Shown: piece after piece, positions 22,507-30,800 of the stretch
Layout: the number at the start of each line of letters is the position of its first letter
Position numbering within the stretch: position 1 is the first letter of the stretch
Source of the DNA: a virus
IMG/VR virus record: IMGVR_UViG_3300023116_000003
Length of the DNA stretch: 51,436 nucleotides
Strand: one strand, 5' to 3'
The notes under the pieces: generated by a model
The model's input: only the letters and a program-made list of their open reading frames with translations
Told to the model about the DNA's origin: nothing
Database searches by the model: none
Program-made: the position numbers and the translations under genes

Positions 22507-24251
22507 ACTTAGTCTTTGACATAGAAACAAACGGCCTGACAAATTGTAATACCATCTGGTGCGTTGTTGCTTATGACATTGATGCCGAGATACTGCACAG
22601 TTTTGGGCCTAAAGAGATAGATGAAGGCATAGAATTTGTTAGTCAGGCCGATAAACTTATCGGGCACAACATCCTTGGATTTGATATACCAACAGTCAAG
22701 AGACTGACAGGTGTCAACCTATACGATAAAAAGATTGTTGACACACTTGTCTTATCTAGGCTTTTCAATCCTACTCGGGACGGTGGTCACGGTCTTGAGT
22801 CTTGGGGTTACAAGCTTGGCTATAACAAGATTGAGTTTCATGACTTCAACAAGTTTTCAAGCGAGATGCTTGAGTACTGTGAGCGTGATGTACAACTCAA
22901 TGCTAGGGTCTATTTTCAACTGCGAAAAGAAGCCCAAGGTTTTTCCGGGGACAGCATCAAGCTGGAGCATCAGTGCTACCGTCTACTAGACGAGCAGCGC
23001 ATCAATGGTTTTATGTTTGATACAGAACATGCAGCTTCCCTTCTTGCTAGACTTAAGAAAAGGCTGGATGAGGTTGTTGATGAGGTTCATCAGCAGTTCA
23101 AACCTAAGGTTGAAACCATCAGGCTGTATGCCAGAGAAACCAAGTCGGGAGTCCCCGCCCGAATGGCTGACACAGCATCTGGGAACCGCGTCAGAATGAC
23201 AGACGAGGAGTTTAAGATTGCGTGTGTCGCTGGGTTCGTTGATAGGCATCTTGAAACAGAATTCAATCTTGGTTCCCGCAAACAGATCGGCGAGTATCTG
23301 CAAGACTTTGGGTGGAAGCCAACCAAGTTTACGCCTACTGGTCAGCCGATAGTTGATGAAGGTACACTGATGGAAATAGATGACATCCCTCAAGCACAGC
23401 TTATAGCGGAGTACCTGCTGCTTCAGAAGCGGATAGCACAGATTAAATCTTGGTTTAAGTTTTCATGCGAGGATGGTAGGGTTCATGGTTATGTGAATTC
23501 AAATGGAACTATTACTGGACGCATGACACATCGTGACCCCAACATGGCACAAGTACCGAGTACCCGTGCGCCATATGGGAAAGAGTGTAGAAAATGCTGG
23601 CGTGTACCTACTGGTTACAAACTGGTAGGTATTGACGCTAGTGGTTTGGAACTGCGCATGTTAGCCCACTACATGAATGACGAGGCATTCACAAATGAAA
23701 TACTCAATGGAGACATCCACACCGCTAATCAAAAACTTGCAGGACTTGAATCAAGAGATCAGGCTAAAACTTTCATCTATGCACTTATATACGGAGCAGG
23801 AAATGAAAAGCTTGGAACAGTGGTTGGAGGAAACAAAAGTCACGGTAAACGCCTTAGAGAATCTTTCCTTAATAATCTCCCAGCATTTGCTGCTCTTGCA
23901 AAACGAGTTGAAAGAGCGTCAGCAAAAGGCTACGTCCGGGGATTAGATGGGCGTAAGATATTTATCAGGTCATCACATGCTGCTTTGAACTCATTGCTTC
24001 AAGGTGCAGGTGCAATCGTGATGAAGAAAGCTTTGGTTCTATTTGATGACAAGCTAAAGTCAAACAATCTTAATGCCAAGATTGTAGCCAACATACACGA
24101 TGAATGGCAGGTTGAGGCTTTGGCGCAGGATGCTGAACTGGTTGGTGAACTTGGTATTGATGCTATTGTAGAAGCGGGTGTTGCGCTTGAACTAAACTGT
24201 CAGCTTGATGGGGAATACAATGTAGGAGATGATTGGAGTGAAACACACTAG
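22503..24251 (+). CDS. Family A DNA polymerase with 3'-5' exonuclease domain
   Basis: ExoI motif LVFDIETNGL, motif A GIDASGLELR, motif B RDQAKTFIYALIYGAG, motif C NIHDEWQ. 582 aa with a GTG start. Confidence 0.93.
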   Translation: MNLVFDIETNGLTNCNTIWCVVAYDIDAEILHSFGPKEIDEGIEFVSQADKLIGHNILGFDIPTVKRLTGVNLYDKKIVDTLVLSRLFNPTRDGGHGLESWGYKLGYNKIEFHDFNKFSSEMLEYCERDVQLNARVYFQLRKEAQGFSGDSIKLEHQCYRLLDEQRINGFMFDTEHAASLLARLKKRLDEVVDEVHQQFKPKVETIRLYARETKSGVPARMADTASGNRVRMTDEEFKIACVAGFVDRHLETEFNLGSRKQIGEYLQDFGWKPTKFTPTGQPIVDEGTLMEIDDIPQAQLIAEYLLLQKRIAQIKSWFKFSCEDGRVHGYVNSNGTITGRMTHRDPNMAQVPSTRAPYGKECRKCWRVPTGYKLVGIDASGLELRMLAHYMNDEAFTNEILNGDIHTANQKLAGLESRDQAKTFIYALIYGAGNEKLGTVVGGNKSHGKRLRESFLNNLPAFAALAKRVERASAKGYVRGLDGRKIFIRSSHAALNSLLQGAGAIVMKKALVLFDDKLKSNNLNAKIVANIHDEWQVEALAQDAELVGELGIDAIVEAGVALELNCQLDGEYNVGDDWSETH

Positions 24252-24260
24252 GGGATAATC

Positions 24261-24887
24261 ATGCCTTATCTAGTTGAGTGCGAAAACTGTAACGAAGACT
24301 TGAAGATACAACATCTTCATTGGGAAGAACTTGTCTGTGCTGAGTGCGGCGATACAATCAAAAACACTCTACCTGAAATGTATCGTCATTATATTAATCT
24401 ACAGTACAAGGATGGTATCTGGTATTACACTGGTAATGCGTCCGGGAGAAGCACACTAGAAGCGCATTTAAAAAAGAACAAGAAACGTATGTATGTAGGC
24501 GGTAAGTATGTACCTGTTAGTGATGCTACTCATGCCCCCGGCAGATTCAAAAACTACAATGATGTAGTATTCAAAGAGTATTACAAAAGCAGACACATAC
24601 AAGAAGGCAACATCTATCTGATATCCAATCCCGCTTGGGACGGGTGGCTAAAGGTTGGCAGGGCTATGTCAGTCCCAGATAGATTGAATGTCTTTCAAAC
24701 AGGCTCCCCATATAGGGACTACAAAGTTGAGTATGCAATAGCCGTTGAAGATGCTCCCCACATAGAAAAGCTTTTACATAAAGAATTAAAAAACAAGTAC
24801 CGTTCCAAGTATGAATGGTTTAAACTGGATGTTTCCGATGCACTAAACATCCTCAATGAGGTAATTGATAATGTCAAAAACGATTGA
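24261..24887 (+). CDS. Zn-ribbon plus T5orf172 (GIY-YIG-superfamily) domain protein
   Basis: The N-terminus has CENC...CAEC. The C-terminal NIYLISNPAWDGWLKVGRAMSVPDRLNVFQTGSP...LHKELKNKYRSKYEWFKL matches the T5orf172/MUG113 signature (from memory). Confidence 0.85.
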   Translation: MPYLVECENCNEDLKIQHLHWEELVCAECGDTIKNTLPEMYRHYINLQYKDGIWYYTGNASGRSTLEAHLKKNKKRMYVGGKYVPVSDATHAPGRFKNYNDVVFKEYYKSRHIQEGNIYLISNPAWDGWLKVGRAMSVPDRLNVFQTGSPYRDYKVEYAIAVEDAPHIEKLLHKELKNKYRSKYEWFKLDVSDALNILNEVIDNVKND

Positions 24888-25731
24888 TACGTTAGTAGAA
24901 GATATATACACATCGTTAGAACCGCTAACAAATGGTGAGGCTATTGATGTATCTGATGACCTCATTGAGGAATTTGGTGAGGCAATGAAACAAGCCTTTA
25001 TAGGATGGGCTAGACCTACCCCAAGGGATTCTAATTTCAATCTTAGGATGTCTAATATTGGTAAGCCTTTGAGAAGACTTTGGTACGACTCCCGGGCCGA
25101 AGGTAAGGATGGTGATCTGTCACCAAGCCTGATGATTAAGTTTCTGTACGGGCATCTGCTTGAAGAACTAGTTCTACTACTGGTTAAGATTTCAGGGCAT
25201 GAGGTAACAAGTCAACAGAAAGAAATAGCCGTTGACAGTATTGCAGGACATATGGACTGCAAGATAGATGGTGAAGTAGTTGACGTTAAGACTGCGTCCA
25301 GCTTTGCATTCAGCAAGTTTAAGTACGGCACACTGGCAGAGAACGATCCCTTTGGATACCTGAGTCAGCTTGCAGGATACGAAGCTGCTGAAGGTACAAA
25401 CTCTGGTGGGTTCTTGGTTATCAATAAAGAAAGCGGTGAACTTTGTTTGTTTATACCCGAGGACTTGGATAAGCCTAACATCAAAAATAGGATCAACATA
25501 GTTAAAGATGTGATTGCTACAGACTCCCCGCCTGAAAGATGCTACCCCGTTGAAGCAGATGGTGCGAAAGGTAACGAAAAGATTTCTAAAAACTGCTCCT
25601 ACTGTAGCTATAAGTACGACTGCTATGCAGATGCCAATGACGGTCAGGGTCTGCGCACATTTAAATATGCCAAGGGCTTGGTGCATTTGACCAAGGTTGT
25701 GGTTGCCCCGAATGTTGAGGAAGTTTTATGA
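24871..25731 (+). CDS. PD-(D/E)xK exonuclease with a Cas4/AddB-like Cys cluster (start re-called at ATG 24871)
   Basis: Core motif GHMDCKIDGEVVDVKTAS. The C-terminal Cys pattern is C-x17-C-x2-C-x5-C (ERC...NCSYCSYKYDC). GAGG lies 9 nt before the ATG. The position after the polymerase matches T7-like exonucleases. Confidence 0.8.
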   Translation: MSKTIDTLVEDIYTSLEPLTNGEAIDVSDDLIEEFGEAMKQAFIGWARPTPRDSNFNLRMSNIGKPLRRLWYDSRAEGKDGDLSPSLMIKFLYGHLLEELVLLLVKISGHEVTSQQKEIAVDSIAGHMDCKIDGEVVDVKTASSFAFSKFKYGTLAENDPFGYLSQLAGYEAAEGTNSGGFLVINKESGELCLFIPEDLDKPNIKNRINIVKDVIATDSPPERCYPVEADGAKGNEKISKNCSYCSYKYDCYADANDGQGLRTFKYAKGLVHLTKVVVAPNVEEVL

Positions 25732-25964
25732 ACGGCAGACAAGCAAAACGGATAAGGAAACTAGCCAAGCTAGAACTTGTAGACTGGCTGCGTGGGCAGC
25801 TTGGGAAAGAAGATCAGGCTAGTGTCACTATTGATACTATCTTAAGTAAGCTGTCAACACAGACGCATTTCCTTCTTCAAGGAAAGTATACAGTGGCTCC
25901 GTATTCTTTTAGGTGGGCCATAAAGCAGATCAAAAAGAATGAACGAAGAAAACGATCAGCTTAA
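25728..25964 (+). CDS. 78-aa basic hypothetical protein
   Basis: Track ORF with a GAGGAAG SD and an ATGA overlap. Confidence 0.75.
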   Translation: MNGRQAKRIRKLAKLELVDWLRGQLGKEDQASVTIDTILSKLSTQTHFLLQGKYTVAPYSFRWAIKQIKKNERRKRSA

Positions 25965-26100
25965 TGAACTGCTCATGATTATTGGGTTAGAGATACATAA
26001 GCATAATAAGAATGTGTATCTTAGTGATGACACATTAATGCATTTGTATGACCTAATAGAAATAGAATTAATTAACAGGGAAGAGGTTGTAATACATTGA
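25939..26100 (+). CDS. 53-aa hypothetical micro-protein
   Basis: Hand translation: MNEENDQLNELLMIIGLEIHKHNKNVYLSDDTLMHLYDLIEIELINREEVVIH. It fills the gap between two track ORFs and overlaps both ends. Confidence 0.45.
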   Translation: MNEENDQLNELLMIIGLEIHKHNKNVYLSDDTLMHLYDLIEIELINREEVVIH

Positions 26101-26606
26101 AGGCCAAGATTAGAAACGGACTTCGGAAGAAAAGGCGGGAGCGTCCAGTACGAAAGAACGTCCCGGCTAACTACGATTCAATTTGGGAATCTGAATTACA
26201 TACTGGGCTTCTGAAAGGCTGGAAACATCACAGTAAAATTCTGGATTACACTATAAACCACAAGTACCATCCAGACTTCATTAAGAAAATAGGGCGTGTA
26301 ACCTATCTCATAGAAGCCAAGGGCAGGTTCTGGGACTTTGCCGAATACAGTAAATATATTTGGGTAAAGAAAGCACTGCCTCGCGGTTATGAATTAGTAT
26401 TTTTATTTGCCAACCCTTCTGCTCCGATGCCTCAGGCTAAACGTAGAAAGGATGGTACAAAACGGAGCCACTCAGAGTGGGCCGAAGCAAACGGATTTAA
26501 ATGGTACAGCGAGTACACCCTGCCGGATGAATGGGTTGATATGGAATATCGCAAGAGCGAGAGTTTTGTAAACGAGTACTTTGATGAAAATAAGGAGACA
26601 GACTAA
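26097..26606 (+). CDS. Holliday-junction resolvase, T7 endonuclease I-like
   Basis: SIWESELH..., YHPDF and YLIEAKG match the endonuclease I catalytic signature (E...PDF...E-x-K). 169 aa with a TTG start. Confidence 0.8.
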   Translation: MKAKIRNGLRKKRRERPVRKNVPANYDSIWESELHTGLLKGWKHHSKILDYTINHKYHPDFIKKIGRVTYLIEAKGRFWDFAEYSKYIWVKKALPRGYELVFLFANPSAPMPQAKRRKDGTKRSHSEWAEANGFKWYSEYTLPDEWVDMEYRKSESFVNEYFDENKETD

Positions 26607-26902
26607 TGTCTATTGATAACGCAACACCAGAAGAGTGGTATGCAGTAGGAAAGAAACTAAGGGCAGAAAAGCAGCATGATACTGTTAACTCTCCTACCCA
26701 TTACAACCAAGGTGATATTGAATGCATTGATGCGATCCGCGCAATGCTCACGCCCGAAGAATTTCTTGGCTACTGCCGGGGCAACAGCTTGAAGTATCGC
26801 TGGAGGTTCAGGTACAAAAATGGAATTGAAGACTTACGCAAGGCCGAATGGTATGAAAAGCGTATGATATCCACAATTATTAAGGAAGGAATTGTGCCGT
26901 GA
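26606..26902 (+). CDS. DUF3310 protein
   Basis: NSPTHYNQGDIECIDAIRAMLTPEEFLGYCRGNSLKYRWR..KNG..DLRKAEWY is the classic DUF3310 signature. Confidence 0.85.
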   Translation: MSIDNATPEEWYAVGKKLRAEKQHDTVNSPTHYNQGDIECIDAIRAMLTPEEFLGYCRGNSLKYRWRFRYKNGIEDLRKAEWYEKRMISTIIKEGIVP

Positions 26903-28791
26903 GTAATGACAAATTAGGTGTGCAGGAATATCTAGGATTAAAAATAGATTACGACAAAGAAACTTTACTAGATGCTTTTGCAATTGCGACATTAAAAGAT
27001 AGATATTTCTGGGAAGGAGAAACTCATGCTCAAGAGGCTTTTGCTAGGGCTGCTGTATATGGGGCAACGTACAAGGGGATTACTGATTTCGGTCTTGCAC
27101 AGCGACTTTATACCTATGCTAGTAATCTGTGGTTTATGTTTAGCACTCCTATCCTTAGTAACGGGGGAACTAGCCGTGGCCTACCTATCAGCTGCTTTCT
27201 TAATTTTGTTCCTGATTCCCGCCACGGTCTCTCTGCTCATTATGATGAGAACATATGGCTGGCAAGCACAGGTGGAGGGATCGGCGGTTATTGGGGTGAT
27301 GTGCGGAGTAATGGTGTGGATACTACTCACGGTAGTAAGTCTACTGGTTCCATCCCTTTCATGCACGTTGTAGACAGCCAGATGCTGGCCTTCAACCAAG
27401 GCGTTACACGGCGGGGTAGCTACGCTGCTTACATGGATATTAGTCATCCAGAGATAGAAGAGTTTATAGCCATGCGTAAGACTACTGGCGGGGACATCAA
27501 CCGTAAGTGCCTCAACCTGCACAACGCAGTTAACCTGACTAACGATTTCTTGGATGCCGTAGAGAATGACAGCGAATGGAGGTTGATAGACCCCAAGAGC
27601 AACACTGCGGTTAAGACCGTATCGGCCCGTGATCTGTGGTTTCAGATCATTAACACCCGGGCAGAAACCGGGGAGCCTTACATTGTTAACATTGATACCT
27701 GTAATGCAGCCCTGCCTAAACAACAGAAAGACTTGGGGCTTCAAATAAAGCAAAGTAATCTTTGCTCTGAGATAACTCTAGCAACCAATGAGGAAAGGAC
27801 AGCTGTCTGCTGCCTGTCTAGTGTTAACTTAGAATACTATGACCAGTGGAGCGAGGACGACAACTTCATCCCCGACCTGATTACAATGCTGGATAACGTG
27901 CTGGAACATTTCATTTCAGCTATCGTGGACACCAGTAACTTGGGTGGGTACACAGCTAACTTTAAACGATTTAAAAGCTACGTTAATCCGGGCATGGAGG
28001 GCTACACAAAGGCAGCTTATTCTGCCTACAGGGAGCGTTCTGTGGGCCTAGGAGCGATGGGATTTCATACCTATCTTCAGGCACACCACATCCCGTTTGA
28101 AAGCATGTACGCCACGGCATTCAACCACAGGGCATTTAATAACATTAAGACTAAGGCAGTTGAGGCCACAGAACAGCTGGCTGCTACAAGAGGGGAGGCT
28201 CCCGATGTAAGCGGTAGCAACAGGCGTAACGCACACCTTATGGCGGTGGCTCCTAACGCCTCCAGTTCAATTATATGTGGTGGTACAAGCCCCTCTATTG
28301 AACCGTTCCGGGCCAACGTGTACACACACAAAACCCTGTCGGGCAGCTTTAAGGTCAAGAATAAATACTTAGACGATTTAATCTTTGAAATGTTCCCGGG
28401 CGATAAAAAGAAACGCGATGAAATTTGGCGGGATATTTCAGCCCATGAAGGGTCAATTCAACACATGGATGTCTTCAGCGAAGAGCAGAAAGAGATATTC
28501 AAGACTGCGCCCGAGATAAACCAGATATGGATTGTTGAACACGCACATCAGCGTCAGGATTATATCTGCCAGAGTCAGAGTGTTAACCTATTCTTTGTCC
28601 CGCCAAAAGCCACGGAACCACAGCAGGTTCACGATGAGTATCTTCAATATGTGAATGATGTACACTGGGCCGGGGCCAAGAAGCTGAAGTCGCTGTACTA
28701 CCTGCGATCTGATGCTGCTAGGTCAGCAGAGAATGTTAACATAAAGATTCCCCGCATTGATCTGGGCGTTTGTTTAAGCTGTGAAGGTTAG
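26899..28791 (+). CDS. nrdA: Ribonucleotide reductase class I alpha subunit (no ATP-cone)
   Basis: Catalytic SNLCSEITL and a C-terminal redox pair CLSCEG. 630 aa. A beta-subunit gene lies downstream. Confidence 0.9.
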   Translation: MSNDKLGVQEYLGLKIDYDKETLLDAFAIATLKDRYFWEGETHAQEAFARAAVYGATYKGITDFGLAQRLYTYASNLWFMFSTPILSNGGTSRGLPISCFLNFVPDSRHGLSAHYDENIWLASTGGGIGGYWGDVRSNGVDTTHGSKSTGSIPFMHVVDSQMLAFNQGVTRRGSYAAYMDISHPEIEEFIAMRKTTGGDINRKCLNLHNAVNLTNDFLDAVENDSEWRLIDPKSNTAVKTVSARDLWFQIINTRAETGEPYIVNIDTCNAALPKQQKDLGLQIKQSNLCSEITLATNEERTAVCCLSSVNLEYYDQWSEDDNFIPDLITMLDNVLEHFISAIVDTSNLGGYTANFKRFKSYVNPGMEGYTKAAYSAYRERSVGLGAMGFHTYLQAHHIPFESMYATAFNHRAFNNIKTKAVEATEQLAATRGEAPDVSGSNRRNAHLMAVAPNASSSIICGGTSPSIEPFRANVYTHKTLSGSFKVKNKYLDDLIFEMFPGDKKKRDEIWRDISAHEGSIQHMDVFSEEQKEIFKTAPEINQIWIVEHAHQRQDYICQSQSVNLFFVPPKATEPQQVHDEYLQYVNDVHWAGAKKLKSLYYLRSDAARSAENVNIKIPRIDLGVCLSCEG

Positions 28792-28796
28792 TTACA

Positions 28797-28949
28797 ATGA
28801 GTAAGAACACGATTAAAGAAACCAACAAGCTTATAAAAGAAGGCAAGGGCGAAAAAGGTACGTCCATCGGACGAGGTAATATCAAACGTAGTACGATGAG
28901 TAAATATCAAAAGGCTTCGCACAAGAAATACCGGGGCCAAGGTAAATAG
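28797..28949 (+). CDS. 50-aa basic micro-protein
   Basis: Hand translation: MSKNTIKETNKLIKEGKGEKGTSIGRGNIKRSTMSKYQKASHKKYRGQGK. Confidence 0.45.
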   Translation: MSKNTIKETNKLIKEGKGEKGTSIGRGNIKRSTMSKYQKASHKKYRGQGK

Positions 28950-28951
28950 TT

Positions 28952-29137
28952 ATGGAATGCAAATGCACTCCCAATTCTTGGGGAACATTAGAAAAGTTAG
29001 ACATCTGTGAGACACCAGAGTTTGATGATCTTACTGGCACATGCTTCAACTGCTATCATGAACGTAAGTGTCACAAAGAATATTGGGAAGAGTTTGGTTA
29101 TTTGTACTACGGTGAACAAGACAATGAGCAAAGGTAG
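28952..29137 (+). CDS. 61-aa Cys/His-rich protein (possible Zn-binding)
   Basis: Track ORF: MECKCTPNSW...CETPEF...TCFNCYHERKCHKEYW. Confidence 0.65.
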   Translation: MECKCTPNSWGTLEKLDICETPEFDDLTGTCFNCYHERKCHKEYWEEFGYLYYGEQDNEQR

Positions 29138-29288
29138 TAGACGTAGGCCTTTAGCCGTTACCACTACTCAGTTCAATAGAAACTGGGATAGGATATTTCA
29201 AAACAAAAGGAAGCAAGATGGGAAAAATAATAAATCTAATAAGGCAGTGGAACAGAAAAACAATGATAATTATGCAAGAAGGAGATAA
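29124..29288 (+). CDS. 54-aa basic micro-protein with NWDRIF motif (start re-called)
   Basis: MSKGSRRRPLAVTTTQFNRNWDRIFQNKRKQ... The upstream part of track ORF 29007.. overlaps the previous gene out of frame. The motif is paralogous to ORF 3676..3798. Confidence 0.55.
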   Translation: MSKGSRRRPLAVTTTQFNRNWDRIFQNKRKQDGKNNKSNKAVEQKNNDNYARRR

Positions 29289-29291
29289 CGA

Positions 29292-30260
29292 ATGAGTTTA
29301 CTTAGCACTAGAGATTACTACAAACCTTTTGACTACCCGTGGATGTTTGACTACTACTTCCAGCAGAACCAGATGCACTGGTTCCCAGAGGATGTACCCC
29401 TGCACAATGATGTTAAGGATTGGCAGGACATGACGCAGGAAGAAAAGAACCTCCTTACACAGATATTCAGACTGTTCACGCAGTCAGATGTGGATGTAGG
29501 TAGTGGTTACATTGACCGCTACATGCGCATCTTCAAGAAGCCGGAAGCCCGGATGATGATGGGCGCATTCGCCAACATGGAGTCTATTCATCAACACGCC
29601 TACAGCCTGTTGTTGGATACGGTAGGTATGCCCGAGATAGAATACAAAGCCTTTGCTGAGTACGAGGAGATGTCCGACAAGCATGAGTATGTCAACAGCC
29701 TACGCATATCAGTGAAGGACAAAGGTTCAATTGCCAAGAACCTTGCCGTGTACAGTGCCTTCACCGAGGGGCTACAGTTGTTCAGCAGCTTTGTTATCCT
29801 GCTAAACTTCCCCCGCTTTGGGCGTATGAAGGGTATGGGCCAGATAGTTAGTTACAGTATCAAAGATGAGTCTCTGCATGTAGAAGCCATGACCCGCTTG
29901 TTCCGGGAGTTTATTCAGGAGAATCTGGATATTTGGACAGATGATTTCAAGAAAGAAATCTATCAGGCATGCCGGGACATGGTCAGGTTGGAGCAGAAGT
30001 TCTTGGATTTGGTGTTTGAGATGGGCGATATCCGAGGATTAACCCGATCAGAAATGGGTGATTATGTTCATTATATAGCTGACCGTAGACTGCTACAGCT
30101 GGGTCTCAAGCCCAACTACAAAGTTAAGGAAAACCCGCTGCACTGGTTGGATGATGTGCTTGGTGTTGAACACCAGAACTTTTTTGAAGGTAGGGCAACA
30201 GCCTACATGAAAGCAGGACTGCGTGGTAAGCAGGAGAATGTGGTATGGAAGGGAATCTAA
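29292..30260 (+). CDS. nrdB: Ribonucleotide reductase class I beta subunit
   Basis: Di-iron and tyrosyl signature MESIHQHAYS (E-x2-H-x3-Y), FTEGLQLF and KDESLHVEAM. AAGGAG SD. Confidence 0.9.
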   Translation: MSLLSTRDYYKPFDYPWMFDYYFQQNQMHWFPEDVPLHNDVKDWQDMTQEEKNLLTQIFRLFTQSDVDVGSGYIDRYMRIFKKPEARMMMGAFANMESIHQHAYSLLLDTVGMPEIEYKAFAEYEEMSDKHEYVNSLRISVKDKGSIAKNLAVYSAFTEGLQLFSSFVILLNFPRFGRMKGMGQIVSYSIKDESLHVEAMTRLFREFIQENLDIWTDDFKKEIYQACRDMVRLEQKFLDLVFEMGDIRGLTRSEMGDYVHYIADRRLLQLGLKPNYKVKENPLHWLDDVLGVEHQNFFEGRATAYMKAGLRGKQENVVWKGI

Positions 30261-30463
30261 TATCTTTTAAGTTACTTATTAATTTGCAGGGCGACCTGAT
30301 AACAGAAATGAGTATGCTTCCTAAAGATAAAATATCAAAAGTGTTTAAAAAAGATGATGCCCCGCTAATTTATAAAGCAATTAGCGAGGCTGAGTTAAAG
30401 TTGGAAGGACTACACAAATATCTTGAAGATGAGATATGTGCGTTTAATAACTCCAGACTGTAG
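30245..30463 (+). CDS. 72-aa hypothetical protein, last gene of the plus arm
   Basis: Track ORF with an AGGAG SD. Its 3' end overlaps the convergent endolysin gene by 20 nt. Confidence 0.6.
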   Translation: MEGNLISFKLLINLQGDLITEMSMLPKDKISKVFKKDDAPLIYKAISEAELKLEGLHKYLEDEICAFNNSRL

Positions 30464-30800
30464 GACGAATGCCATAGTCCAGATCATCGATGTGGATAAA
30501 ACGGCCTGAGCCTTTCTGGTTTATACCTATACCAGTAAACCCGGAATTGAGAGCAGCCTGTACTAGCTTATAGGCGTTCTCATGGGTTACGCCTATATCA
30601 ATTGCACGACCACTAGCATGTGCGCCCGGAGTAGATTTTTTAGCTTCTATTGGATGTTCCGGGCAGCGGTATGCGCTGGTAACGGGAAAGGGAAACCCTA
30701 ACTCCTCACGCAGCTTTTCTACTTTCTGCATGAACTCAGCGTCCATACCCTGCTCCCCGCAGTGAGAGCATTTCAGTTCATCTTCTGTGAAGTACTTCAT
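30444..30800 (-). CDS. Peptidase M15 (L-Ala-D-Glu / D-Ala-D-Ala peptidase-type) endolysin; start re-called at ATG 30800
   Basis: SAYRCPEHP, HASGRAIDI (H-x6-D) and FIHIDD are the Zn-peptidase M15 motifs. ATGA overlap with the giant upstream gene. Confidence 0.88.
   Translation of the reverse strand: MKYFTEDELKCSHCGEQGMDAEFMQKVEKLREELGFPFPVTSAYRCPEHPIEAKKSTPGAHASGRAIDIGVTHENAYKLVQAALNSGFTGIGINQKGSGRFIHIDDLDYGIRPTVWSY

Noticed and set aside
21487-28358. Long antisense track ORFs inside primase, polymerase, exonuclease and nrdA (for example 21487..22161, 22986..23393, 25192..25686, 27181..27753, 28077..28358).
   Set aside because: Each lies fully inside a gene with unmistakable catalytic motifs on the other strand, and none has an SD or start context.
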